Part shown: in pieces, positions 45,506 to 53,665 of the stretch
Layout of the letters: each line of letters starts with the position of its first letter
How positions within the stretch are numbered: the first letter of the stretch is position 1
NCBI GenBank assembly: GCA_965231095.1
Contig: OZ246416.1
Coordinates: 436,380-500,379 of the forward strand
Length of the DNA: 64,000 nt
Source of the DNA: an uncultured Gammaproteobacteria bacterium
Lineage (GTDB): Bacteria; Patescibacteriota; Patescibacteriia; XYB2-FULL-38-15
Direction: 5' to 3'
Program-made: the position numbers and the translations under genes
The notes under the pieces: model-generated
Told to the model about the DNA's origin: nothing
The model's database searches: none
The model's input: only the letters and a program-made list of their open reading frames with translations

Positions 45506-47638
45506 ATGACCCTCAGATTACCTTATTGTATCATCATTTCTTTGATTTTAATAGTCGGCTTGCTCGGCAATTTTTTCCTTTGGGAAAGCCCGCTGGTCGG
45601 CCTAACTTTCGGTCCGGCCTACCTTATTTTCTTCGGTTTTCTTTTGGGTTTTATTCTCTTCCGCGGCCGCCCCGATCTTTTCAAATTTCTCTACGGCCTT
45701 CTCTTTCTTTTAGCCGGCCTCTCTCTTTTCGGCGCCCTGATTTATTTTTTTTATAAATTGAATACTCTGGCACTAGGGACACTTGTTCTTCTGCCGCCTT
45801 TTGTTTTGCTTCCATTCCTGCGTTTCGGCAATCATCCTGAATCAGAAAAACATTTTAATCCTGTCCAAATCAACCCCCATATTTTGCGAACAACGTTTCT
45901 TCTGGCGGCGTTTATCTTTTTAACAGTTTTAAACGTACGCCATCTTTTGGCTCTGGGCACTGTTGAAGCTATCCGCAGCCCTTGGAAAATTTTGCCCTTT
46001 GATTTTTTTCTGACTTATGGCGCGGCAACCATTGTCCTTTTATATTTTGTTTTAAAAAGCCAAAAAGAAGGGCTGAATTTAATTTTAATTTCCGCGCATA
46101 CTTTTTTAACCGTGGCGCTTGCCCTTTTTGTTTATCGTATCGGCTACGGTTTTGATCCGTTCATTCACCAAGCCACGGAGAAAATTATTCTGGCGCAAGG
46201 TTTTATTTTGCCAAAACCATTTTATTACCTCGGCCAATATTCTCTTGTCGTTTTCTTGGCAAAAATTTTCCACACTTCGGTTGTTTGGGTTGACCGGCTC
46301 CTTCTTCCAATTTTAATTTCCACTTTTTTGCCGGCCACGGCCTATTTTTCCATCCGGCCATACACCGATCGAACCAAAACTCCCGGCGCAAGCTTAGCGG
46401 CCCTTCTTCTTTTTCTCCTACCTTTCACCTCTTTTCTCGCCACCACTCCGCAAGGCCTGGCCAATTTTTTTCTTTTGATAATAATTTTCTTTGCTGTCCT
46501 CGCCCTACGACGAGAATTTTCTATTTCCGCCCTTTGGTTTTTGGGTTTTACCGCGCTCCTCATCCATCCTCTGGCCGGCCTGCCCGCGCTTATATTTTTA
46601 TTTCTCCTCACGGTTTTTACTTTTTTTAAAAAACAACAAGGCATTTTTGAATTTGTCCGCCACGTTGTTTTTATAATGAGCACTCTTCTTGCCGCCGTTG
46701 CCATCCCCTTGGTATTTCTCGCGGCGATTTTATTTTTCAAGGGACCCTCCGCGATAATTTCTATCAAAACAATTGAGGGCGCGGATAATTTTCTCTCGGC
46801 TCTCGGCTGGTCTGTACCGTTTTTAGTTGATCACTTCCGGCCGCTCTTTGACTTGGCTTACACTTACGGACAAAATATTCCTTTTCTTCTCTTGCTCGTC
46901 GGCTTTGGCGGATATTTTATTCTCCGAAAAAATTTACCGTCTATTTTAGTTTACATCACCGCTTTTTTTGCCTTAATCACCAATTACGTTTTAATAAAAC
47001 TCTTTGCCGATTTTCCCTCGCTCATAAAATACGAGCAAGGAATTTTTCCCGGCCGCATTTTAGAAATCAGTTTTTATTTTTTAATTCCTCTTTTTCTCTT
47101 CGCTCTCTACAAATTTTTTGAAAAATTAATGGAAGGCAAAAGCCGCGGGCTGAAATTATTTTTCATTTTAATTTTTTCCATATTTTTAACTTTTTCATTT
47201 TACTATTCTTATCCCAAAGACGACGGCGAAGATTATCCGATTGACCGCGGCTATTCTGTTTCCCTTTTTGATTTAAACGCGGTCAAGAAAATTGACTCTG
47301 ACGCCGCCGGCGCGGACTATATTGTTTTAGCCAATCAAAGTGTTTCCGCCGCGGCAGTCAAAGAATTTGGATTTAATAAATATTTTGGCCCATACTTTTA
47401 TTATCCAATTCCCACCGGTGATCCGCTTTACCAATATTATCTGAAGATGGTTTACGCGCCGCCAACTCGCGCCACTGTCGCTGAAGCAACAAAATTGACC
47501 GGCGTTCGCCTTGTCTACTTTGTCTTAAATAAATATTGGACCGATTCGGAAAAAATTTTAGAAGCCGCCCGCCCCACCGCCGACGAAATTTTGGAAATTG
47601 GGAATGGAAGGATTTGGATTTTCAAATATCAGTTTTAA
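45506..47638 (+). CDS. Large polytopic membrane protein with C-terminal extracytoplasmic domain (possible GT-C/DUF2079-like)
   Basis: 710 aa, more than 14 TM, C-terminal ~150-aa soluble domain. Divergent from the previous gene, with 9 bp between start codons. Confidence 0.4.
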   Translation: MTLRLPYCIIISLILIVGLLGNFFLWESPLVGLTFGPAYLIFFGFLLGFILFRGRPDLFKFLYGLLFLLAGLSLFGALIYFFYKLNTLALGTLVLLPPFVLLPFLRFGNHPESEKHFNPVQINPHILRTTFLLAAFIFLTVLNVRHLLALGTVEAIRSPWKILPFDFFLTYGAATIVLLYFVLKSQKEGLNLILISAHTFLTVALALFVYRIGYGFDPFIHQATEKIILAQGFILPKPFYYLGQYSLVVFLAKIFHTSVVWVDRLLLPILISTFLPATAYFSIRPYTDRTKTPGASLAALLLFLLPFTSFLATTPQGLANFFLLIIIFFAVLALRREFSISALWFLGFTALLIHPLAGLPALIFLFLLTVFTFFKKQQGIFEFVRHVVFIMSTLLAAVAIPLVFLAAILFFKGPSAIISIKTIEGADNFLSALGWSVPFLVDHFRPLFDLAYTYGQNIPFLLLLVGFGGYFILRKNLPSILVYITAFFALITNYVLIKLFADFPSLIKYEQGIFPGRILEISFYFLIPLFLFALYKFFEKLMEGKSRGLKLFFILIFSIFLTFSFYYSYPKDDGEDYPIDRGYSVSLFDLNAVKKIDSDAAGADYIVLANQSVSAAAVKEFGFNKYFGPYFYYPIPTGDPLYQYYLKMVYAPPTRATVAEATKLTGVRLVYFVLNKYWTDSEKILEAARPTADEILEIGNGRIWIFKYQF

Positions 47639-47738
47639 AAAAAATAATAAAACGCCAGAAAATAATCACCGGCGTTTTTTTATTGACAAAAAATAAAATA
47701 AATGATTAAATAATGAGTCACCAACAAAGGAGGGCTTG

Positions 47739-48038
47739 ATGACCAACAAAGAGAAGGCCAAGATGGAAGACATTCTGATGCGGCACTTGGAGGAAGACGA
47801 CCGTCTTTGCCCGATCGCCGAAGCAATGCCCGGCGACTACGTCACCGTAGTGCTTCCCTACAAGCTTTTGTGGGCTTTCCGCGTGAACATCGCTCGCCAC
47901 GCGATCGTGCGCAAGCGCGACTTGTCTCGGCCCGACGACGGAGTGGAGATCGAACTTCTGAACGACCGGGCCGAAACCGATCAGCTTCCCCTGGACTATC
48001 CGTGTTTCGTGACGCCGCCTGCGACCGACGAGGAATAA
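47739..48038 (+). CDS. Small hypothetical protein, GC-rich islet 4 (~99 aa)
   Basis: ~58% GC. AAGGAGG lies 5 nt upstream of ATG (MTNKEKAKMEDIL...). Followed by a terminator. No family recognised. Confidence 0.45.
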   Translation: MTNKEKAKMEDILMRHLEEDDRLCPIAEAMPGDYVTVVLPYKLLWAFRVNIARHAIVRKRDLSRPDDGVEIELLNDRAETDQLPLDYPCFVTPPATDEE

Positions 48039-48073
48039 CAACAAAAAACCGCCGGAAAATCCGACGGCCGCCC

Positions 48074-48100
48074 GCCACCAGCTCAATGGTGGCTTTTTTT
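48074..48100 (+). terminator. Rho-independent terminator after islet 4 ORF
   Basis: GCCACCA-gctcaa-TGGTGGC followed by TTTTTTT. Confidence 0.55.
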
Positions 48101-49283
48101 ATAATCCTACAATTTTTTCAATATAATTTTCAATTTTAAAATTTTCCACCGACTTTACGGCGGCTGGCCGAATTTTTTGTAATTCATCGCGCGAAGTGGC
48201 GGCGTGTTTTAAGGCGCGCGACAAATCTTCCGCATTTCCGACATTAAATGTAAAACCATTTTCACCATCTTTTACAAGTTCCGCCACTCCCCCGATTTTT
48301 GCGGCCAAGACCGGCACGCCGGCGGCTAAACTTTCGTAAATCACGGCTGGTGAGTTTTCGTAGCAAAGTGAGGGAACAACAGTCAAATCAACCTGATTAA
48401 AATTTTCCGCTACTTCTTTGCCGATTAATTTTCCGTGAATCACGAATCGCGGATCATCACCGACCATTTTTTTTAACTCTTCCATTTTAGATCCGTCACC
48501 GGCGATATGAAGTTTAAAATCAAAATCACATTTTTTCAAAACTTCTACCAAAAGAAAAATTCCTTTGTGTTCCTCTATTAAACCAAGGTAAAGAAGTTTT
48601 AAAATACTGTTGTCCATCGGCATTCCCGCCGGATAAATCCGCTCTACCGGATTTGGCAGTACCACCTTTTTTGATTTTTTAAAAAATCCTTTGGACGCGT
48701 AAAAATCCAAAAGCCATTTTGATGGCGAAACAACAACGTCGGGCGAAGCAAAAAGGCGTCGGCACGCCGCTTCATAGAGTTTACGAAGCCATGTTCGCTG
48801 CTCCCAATTTTTTTCTCGGCCGGAAATAATCAAGCCGCTCGGCACGGCGAGTTGCACGTCGTGGAGCGTGTGAATATGTTTAATGCCGAGTTTGCAAATC
48901 GCGCGCGGAATTTCAAATCCTATACCCATCAAATTATGTGTCAAAACTAAATCCGGCTTTTCGGACCGCAAAATATTTTTCACTGATCTTCGGCTCTGGC
49001 AATTGAACATATCAAAAAAGTGCCAGACAAGCCGCGCTAACGCATTATGTTTGTGACCATTTAAATAATAAAAAATATTTGCCGGATAAAATCGATAAGT
49101 TTTTAAGCCATTTTCTTCGGCGGCAACCGGTTTTAACGACGCCCACCCGCCCCAGGGTTTTGTAGAAATAACAAAAACTTCATGGCCAGCAGATTTTAAA
49201 CCCCGCGCCACGCGTTCAGCCACTCTTTCCGCTCCCCCGCGAAAAATCGGCGGAAATAAATTTGAAATTATGCAAATTTTCAT
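48099..49283 (-). CDS. Family 4 glycosyltransferase
   Basis: 394 aa. MKICIISNLFPPIFRGGAERVA N-terminus and C-terminal E-X7-E-like region (YENSPAVIYESLAAGVPVL). Confidence 0.7.
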   Translation of the reverse strand: MKICIISNLFPPIFRGGAERVAERVARGLKSAGHEVFVISTKPWGGWASLKPVAAEENGLKTYRFYPANIFYYLNGHKHNALARLVWHFFDMFNCQSRRSVKNILRSEKPDLVLTHNLMGIGFEIPRAICKLGIKHIHTLHDVQLAVPSGLIISGREKNWEQRTWLRKLYEAACRRLFASPDVVVSPSKWLLDFYASKGFFKKSKKVVLPNPVERIYPAGMPMDNSILKLLYLGLIEEHKGIFLLVEVLKKCDFDFKLHIAGDGSKMEELKKMVGDDPRFVIHGKLIGKEVAENFNQVDLTVVPSLCYENSPAVIYESLAAGVPVLAAKIGGVAELVKDGENGFTFNVGNAEDLSRALKHAATSRDELQKIRPAAVKSVENFKIENYIEKIVGL

Positions 49284-49284
49284 T

Positions 49285-50397
49285 TTATTTCTGAAAATAT
49301 TTTTTCAACTCTTCCCCCACTTTTTTCAAATCATATTTTTCCAAAACTATTTCTCGGCCGTGCCTGCCAAAATCTTTGGCCGCCTCAGGATTATCCAAAA
49401 AGTAATTTATTTTTTCCGCCAGTTCCTTGGCATTGCCCGGAGAAAAAGTAAAACCACTTACCCCATATTCAATAACACTTCTCACGCCCGGCAAATTTGA
49501 AGCGATAATCGGCTTGGCGCAAGAGGCCGCTTCAATCAAAACTATGCCAAATGCTTCAGACCCGTCAAGCGACGGCAAAACCACAACATCAGCCAAATTA
49601 TAATAGTTTGGCAAGTCTTCCCCGCCGACCACTCCGGCAAAAATTATTTGATCTTTTAAATTTAATTCTTCTGCCATTTTTTCGTAATGCGCACGAAGAT
49701 CTCCATCGCCCACCACCAAAATTTTGGCGGCCGGAACCATGGCCTTGGCTTTAATCAAAACTTCTAAGCCCTTAAAATAATGCGCTCGATCCAACCCGCC
49801 GACAAATAAAATAGTTCGGCCGGCGGTAAGGTTAAATTTTTTAATAAGTTCTGCTCGCGGCTCGGCGGGGGAAAATTTTTCCGCATCTACGCCAAAAGGA
49901 ATTTCAACAAATTTCTCCGAATTTTTTTCTAAAATATCTTTAACATTGGAGTTTTTCGCATAGTCCAGAGATGAAACAATAATTTTATCTGCTCGCCCTA
50001 AAATTTTTGGCATCCAGTTTTTTGTATGCCAGCGGAATAATTTTCCAAGCCAACCGCTCCCCACGACGTCGTGATGATAAGTTATTATCAATTTAAATTT
50101 TCCTTTCACCACTTCCGCACCTCCAAAAAATGGATAGTGCAGATGAACCGCGTCGAAACTTTTTAATTTCCACCAAAGCTGCGGCAAAAAAGCCGCGTTA
50201 CCATATCTAAAAAACGGCCTCAAACGAAAGAGGCGAAAATTATTTTCCTTTTCTTCTTTTTTCTCTTCCGGACGGCGCGGAACAAAAACCGTCACCTCGT
50301 GGCCGCGGCGCGCCAATTCTCTGGCCTCGGTGTACGCCGCCGTTCCGATCCCGCCGCGATACGGCGGAAAAACCGGTGAGACAATCGCAATTTTCAT
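49285..50397 (-). CDS. Family 4 glycosyltransferase
   Basis: 370 aa. MKIAIVSPVFPPYRGGIGTAA, and EAFGIVLIEAASCAKPIIAS (E-X7-E). Confidence 0.75.
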   Translation of the reverse strand: MKIAIVSPVFPPYRGGIGTAAYTEARELARRGHEVTVFVPRRPEEKKEEKENNFRLFRLRPFFRYGNAAFLPQLWWKLKSFDAVHLHYPFFGGAEVVKGKFKLIITYHHDVVGSGWLGKLFRWHTKNWMPKILGRADKIIVSSLDYAKNSNVKDILEKNSEKFVEIPFGVDAEKFSPAEPRAELIKKFNLTAGRTILFVGGLDRAHYFKGLEVLIKAKAMVPAAKILVVGDGDLRAHYEKMAEELNLKDQIIFAGVVGGEDLPNYYNLADVVVLPSLDGSEAFGIVLIEAASCAKPIIASNLPGVRSVIEYGVSGFTFSPGNAKELAEKINYFLDNPEAAKDFGRHGREIVLEKYDLKKVGEELKKYFQK

Positions 50398-50400
50398 AAC

Positions 50401-51459
50401 TTACCAAAAAATTAACTGACGAACTATTTTCCAATAAACATTCAAAATCGGATTAACAATATATTTTAAAATCGGATTGGCAATCTCCTGAAATTCTAAT
50501 TTACCGACGATCAATTTTGCCAACTGCCTGTCCGACACCTTCTTTATCTTTGCCTTAGCATTTTTATTTTTAATCATTCGCTGCCAATTTCTCCAATGAA
50601 AAAAATATCCGTAGACTTTTAGTTTTGTCACAAATAGTCCGCGAAGCGCCGCATAAAAAAGCATTCCCAATTCCATAACTAAAAATGGCAAAAAAATCAA
50701 AATCAAAGTACCGATTCTAAAATTTTCAAATAACATAATCAGCCGATTCCGTTCCATATAATAAAACTGTAAAATGCTCCGAGAAAACTGATATTTATGA
50801 AACATCAATGATTTTTCCGCCAAAATTATTTTGTATCCCGCTTGCCGGATGCGCCATGACAAATCAGTATCCTCGTGATACATGAAAAATTCCCGGTCAA
50901 AAATTCCGACCTCGCGTAAAACTCGCGCGGGATATAAAACTGACGCGCCCGAAGCGTAAAAGAAATCGTTGGCTACCGGATATTTTATGTTGGATGCCAC
51001 CTCTCCATATCCACGGCAAAATCCAAAACCCAAAAAATGCAGCTCGTTCCCGAGCGAATTAATTTTATCTTTTTCCGGATAAAGGCGGATCAAAGATTGC
51101 ACCGCGCCGACATTTTTATCCGCCTCGGCCGCCTCAACCAATTCGCGAAGCCAATCGGGATCGGCAATCGTGTCCATATTAAAAAGAACTATATAATCAT
51201 AGTTCGCACCAAGCGCCGCCTCCATCGCTAAATTATTTCCTAAAGCAAAACCTGAGTTTTTTTCTTCCAAAATAATTTCCGCTTCCGGCGCAGTTTCGCG
51301 TAAATATTTTTCCGTCTCCGGCGTCGTCGCGTTATCAACTATAAAAATCTTAAAGCTATCCTTGGGATAGCTTTGTGCTCGTAGGCTCGCGATGCATTCC
51401 GGCAGATATTTTTTCGCGTAGTCTTTATAATTTATGAGAATTACGGCAACTTTTGGCAT
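50401..51459 (-). CDS. Family 2 glycosyltransferase
   Basis: 352 aa. VAVILINYKDYAKKYLPECIASLRAQSY...IVDNATT, DxD (DTD), with C-terminal TM helices. Confidence 0.7.
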   Translation of the reverse strand: MPKVAVILINYKDYAKKYLPECIASLRAQSYPKDSFKIFIVDNATTPETEKYLRETAPEAEIILEEKNSGFALGNNLAMEAALGANYDYIVLFNMDTIADPDWLRELVEAAEADKNVGAVQSLIRLYPEKDKINSLGNELHFLGFGFCRGYGEVASNIKYPVANDFFYASGASVLYPARVLREVGIFDREFFMYHEDTDLSWRIRQAGYKIILAEKSLMFHKYQFSRSILQFYYMERNRLIMLFENFRIGTLILIFLPFLVMELGMLFYAALRGLFVTKLKVYGYFFHWRNWQRMIKNKNAKAKIKKVSDRQLAKLIVGKLEFQEIANPILKYIVNPILNVYWKIVRQLIFW

Positions 51460-51473
51460 AAACCAACTTAAAT

Positions 51474-51833
51474 CTAAGTTTTTTCCTTAATCACATTCCG
51501 CTTATTATTTTCCACCTCATCTTTCATCGCCACGGTTCTGACGACTTTGGTAATATTTCTTTCAATTTTTTCGATTTTAATCGTCATCTGAAAAATAATG
51601 TAAAAAATCAAAACGATGGAGAGATAAACAATCAAATCGGCGCCGCGGCCCACCCCGACAAGCTCGGCCAAAAAACTTGTTGTGTCGGGCAACAAAATTA
51701 TTAATCCCACCACAAACCAAAAGCCAATCCAAAAAACGACATCCTTTGAAGCTAAAATCCCTTGCTTCCATTTTATCACCACTCGATAAATGATGAGCAA
51801 AATCAAAAAACTCAAAAAATACTGAATAAGCAT
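51474..51833 (-). CDS. Small membrane protein, DUF2304-like (often partnered with DPM1-like GT2; possible lipid-linked sugar flippase subunit)
   Basis: 119 aa, 3-4 TM, charged C-terminal tail. Immediately downstream of the DPM1-like GT2. Confidence 0.4.
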   Translation of the reverse strand: MLIQYFLSFLILLIIYRVVIKWKQGILASKDVVFWIGFWFVVGLIILLPDTTSFLAELVGVGRGADLIVYLSIVLIFYIIFQMTIKIEKIERNITKVVRTVAMKDEVENNKRNVIKEKT

Positions 51834-51872
51834 AACATTAACTTTTAACAGTTAACAATTAACATTTAACTT

Positions 51873-52538
51873 TTATTTTATTGATCTTCCTAAAAATAAA
51901 TCAAATAAAATTTTTAAATAATCAGGCAGGCGCTGGCCGCGGCGAATTTGCGGGGAAAAATATTTTACTGTCACCGGAACTTCCTCGTAGCGCAAACAAT
52001 GGTGGCCGATTTTTTCTAAAATTTCCGAGGCGTGCGCCATGCGGTTTTGTTCAATTGTAATTTTCTCCGCCGCTTCGCGCGAAAAAGCCCGGAAACCATT
52101 ATGAGTGTCAGACAAATTCAGTCCGGAAGTTAACCGGGTAAAAATTGTTGCGCCTTTCAAAAAAAATTTCTTAACCAAAGGAATTTCCGATTTCATAAAA
52201 CGCGCTCCCAAAACAACATCAGCTCGACCTTCCGCCACCGGCCGAACAACATTGTTAATTTCTTCCGCGACAAATTGCCCATCCGCGTCGTAAGTCACAA
52301 TAACATCGGCCTGGCGCAAAAGCGCAATTTTTTTCCCGGTTTCGAGCGCCGCTCCCTGGCCGCGATTTAGAAAATGGGAATAAACAATCGCGCCCGCCCT
52401 TTTGGCGTGCTCCATTGTGTGATCCGCCGAACCATCATCAACCACTACAACTTCCGTCACATACTTTTGCACCTCCATCACAACGTCGGCGATTGTTCTT
52501 TCCTCGTTGTAAGCGGGAATTATCGCAATTGTTTTCAT
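51873..52538 (-). CDS. Polyprenyl-phosphate glycosyltransferase (GT2, DPM1/ArnC-like)
   Basis: Start trimmed to MKTIAIIPAYNEERTI...VVVVDDGSADHT. DAD motif (YDADGQ) and C-terminal amphipathic region. Confidence 0.75.
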   Translation of the reverse strand: MKTIAIIPAYNEERTIADVVMEVQKYVTEVVVVDDGSADHTMEHAKRAGAIVYSHFLNRGQGAALETGKKIALLRQADVIVTYDADGQFVAEEINNVVRPVAEGRADVVLGARFMKSEIPLVKKFFLKGATIFTRLTSGLNLSDTHNGFRAFSREAAEKITIEQNRMAHASEILEKIGHHCLRYEEVPVTVKYFSPQIRRGQRLPDYLKILFDLFLGRSIK

Positions 52539-52557
52539 ACCAAAATTACTCAATTTT

Positions 52558-53583
52558 TTATCTCTCGTCAACCATCCCCTGCTGGCGAAGAAGCGGTTTA
52601 TAGGCTTGCGTGTAATCAATTGTTTTTTTCAAACCGTCCTCAAGCCGAACGAGCGGCACCCAACCAAGCATCTCTTTCGCCCGGCTTGTATCGGGCAAAC
52701 CAAGCGCCGTCATAAAAAGCAATGGTTTTTCAAAAACTATTTTTGCTTCAGAACCGGTCATGGAAATAATTTTATTTGCCACCTCAACCAATTTCAAATC
52801 TTCATTGCTGCCCAAATTAACCGGCCCAATATCGGCCGGCGCGGCCATAAGCTTCACTAACCCGGAGATGACATCATCAACATAGCAAAGCGAAGTGGAA
52901 AAATTTTCGTCGCCGTAAATAATTAAATCCTTATTATCCAGAGCGTCAATAATAAAATCCGGAACCATTTCTCCGTCAAACAATCTTTCTCGCGGGCCAT
53001 AGGTTCTAAAAATTCTCGCGATTTTTGCGTCCAAATCATGCATCTGGCGGTAGGTTTCCACCATCGTTTCGGCGAATCTTTTCCCCTCGTCATAAGAACC
53101 TCGCGGCGTGAGATGATTTACGCAACCAAGCGTGTCTTCCTTAAAAAATTCCTTATCCTCTTGCCGCGGACCATAAACCACAGATGATGAAGCATGCACC
53201 ACTTTTGCCTTATATTTAACCGCCAAATCCAAAATATTTTTCATTCCTATGGAATTGGCCGCGAGCGTGGCCGCCCTAAATTCATCAAAATTTTTCGCCG
53301 AAGTTGGACAAGCTAAATGATAAATCTCCGCCACTCCTTCAAATTTTACTTTAAAGCGCTCCAATTCCGGAAAAGTTTCCAGATCAATGGACTCCGAAAT
53401 GTCATGTTTAATAAAAACAAAATCCGGATGTTGAAGCAGAAAATCAATGTTTGAAACATTACCGGTGGAAAAATTATCTAAACAAATTACCCGGCTGGTT
53501 TTAATTAATTTTTCACAAAGATGCGAGCCGATAAATCCGGCGCCGCCCGTAACCAAAACATTTTTTTTCTCAAGGTTTTCCAT
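52558..53583 (-). CDS. NAD-dependent UDP-glucuronate decarboxylase-like epimerase/dehydratase (UXS/ArnA-C-terminal-like)
   Basis: Start trimmed to MENLEKKNVLVTGGAGFIGSHL. YDEGKR (YxxxK) and RIFRTYGPRE match the UXS family's RIFNTYGPRM. Confidence 0.7.
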   Translation of the reverse strand: MENLEKKNVLVTGGAGFIGSHLCEKLIKTSRVICLDNFSTGNVSNIDFLLQHPDFVFIKHDISESIDLETFPELERFKVKFEGVAEIYHLACPTSAKNFDEFRAATLAANSIGMKNILDLAVKYKAKVVHASSSVVYGPRQEDKEFFKEDTLGCVNHLTPRGSYDEGKRFAETMVETYRQMHDLDAKIARIFRTYGPRERLFDGEMVPDFIIDALDNKDLIIYGDENFSTSLCYVDDVISGLVKLMAAPADIGPVNLGSNEDLKLVEVANKIISMTGSEAKIVFEKPLLFMTALGLPDTSRAKEMLGWVPLVRLEDGLKKTIDYTQAYKPLLRQQGMVDER

Positions 53584-53665
53584 ATTTTCACGAGAACAAG
53601 ATAACAAGATAACACGAAAACGATTTTGTTATTTTGTTATTTTGCCGTTTTGTTATTTTGATAAA

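Noticed and set aside
47718-48086. Minus-strand 122-aa and 78-aa ORFs over islet 4.
   Set aside because: Antisense to the SD-bearing plus ORF, with arginine-rich composition.
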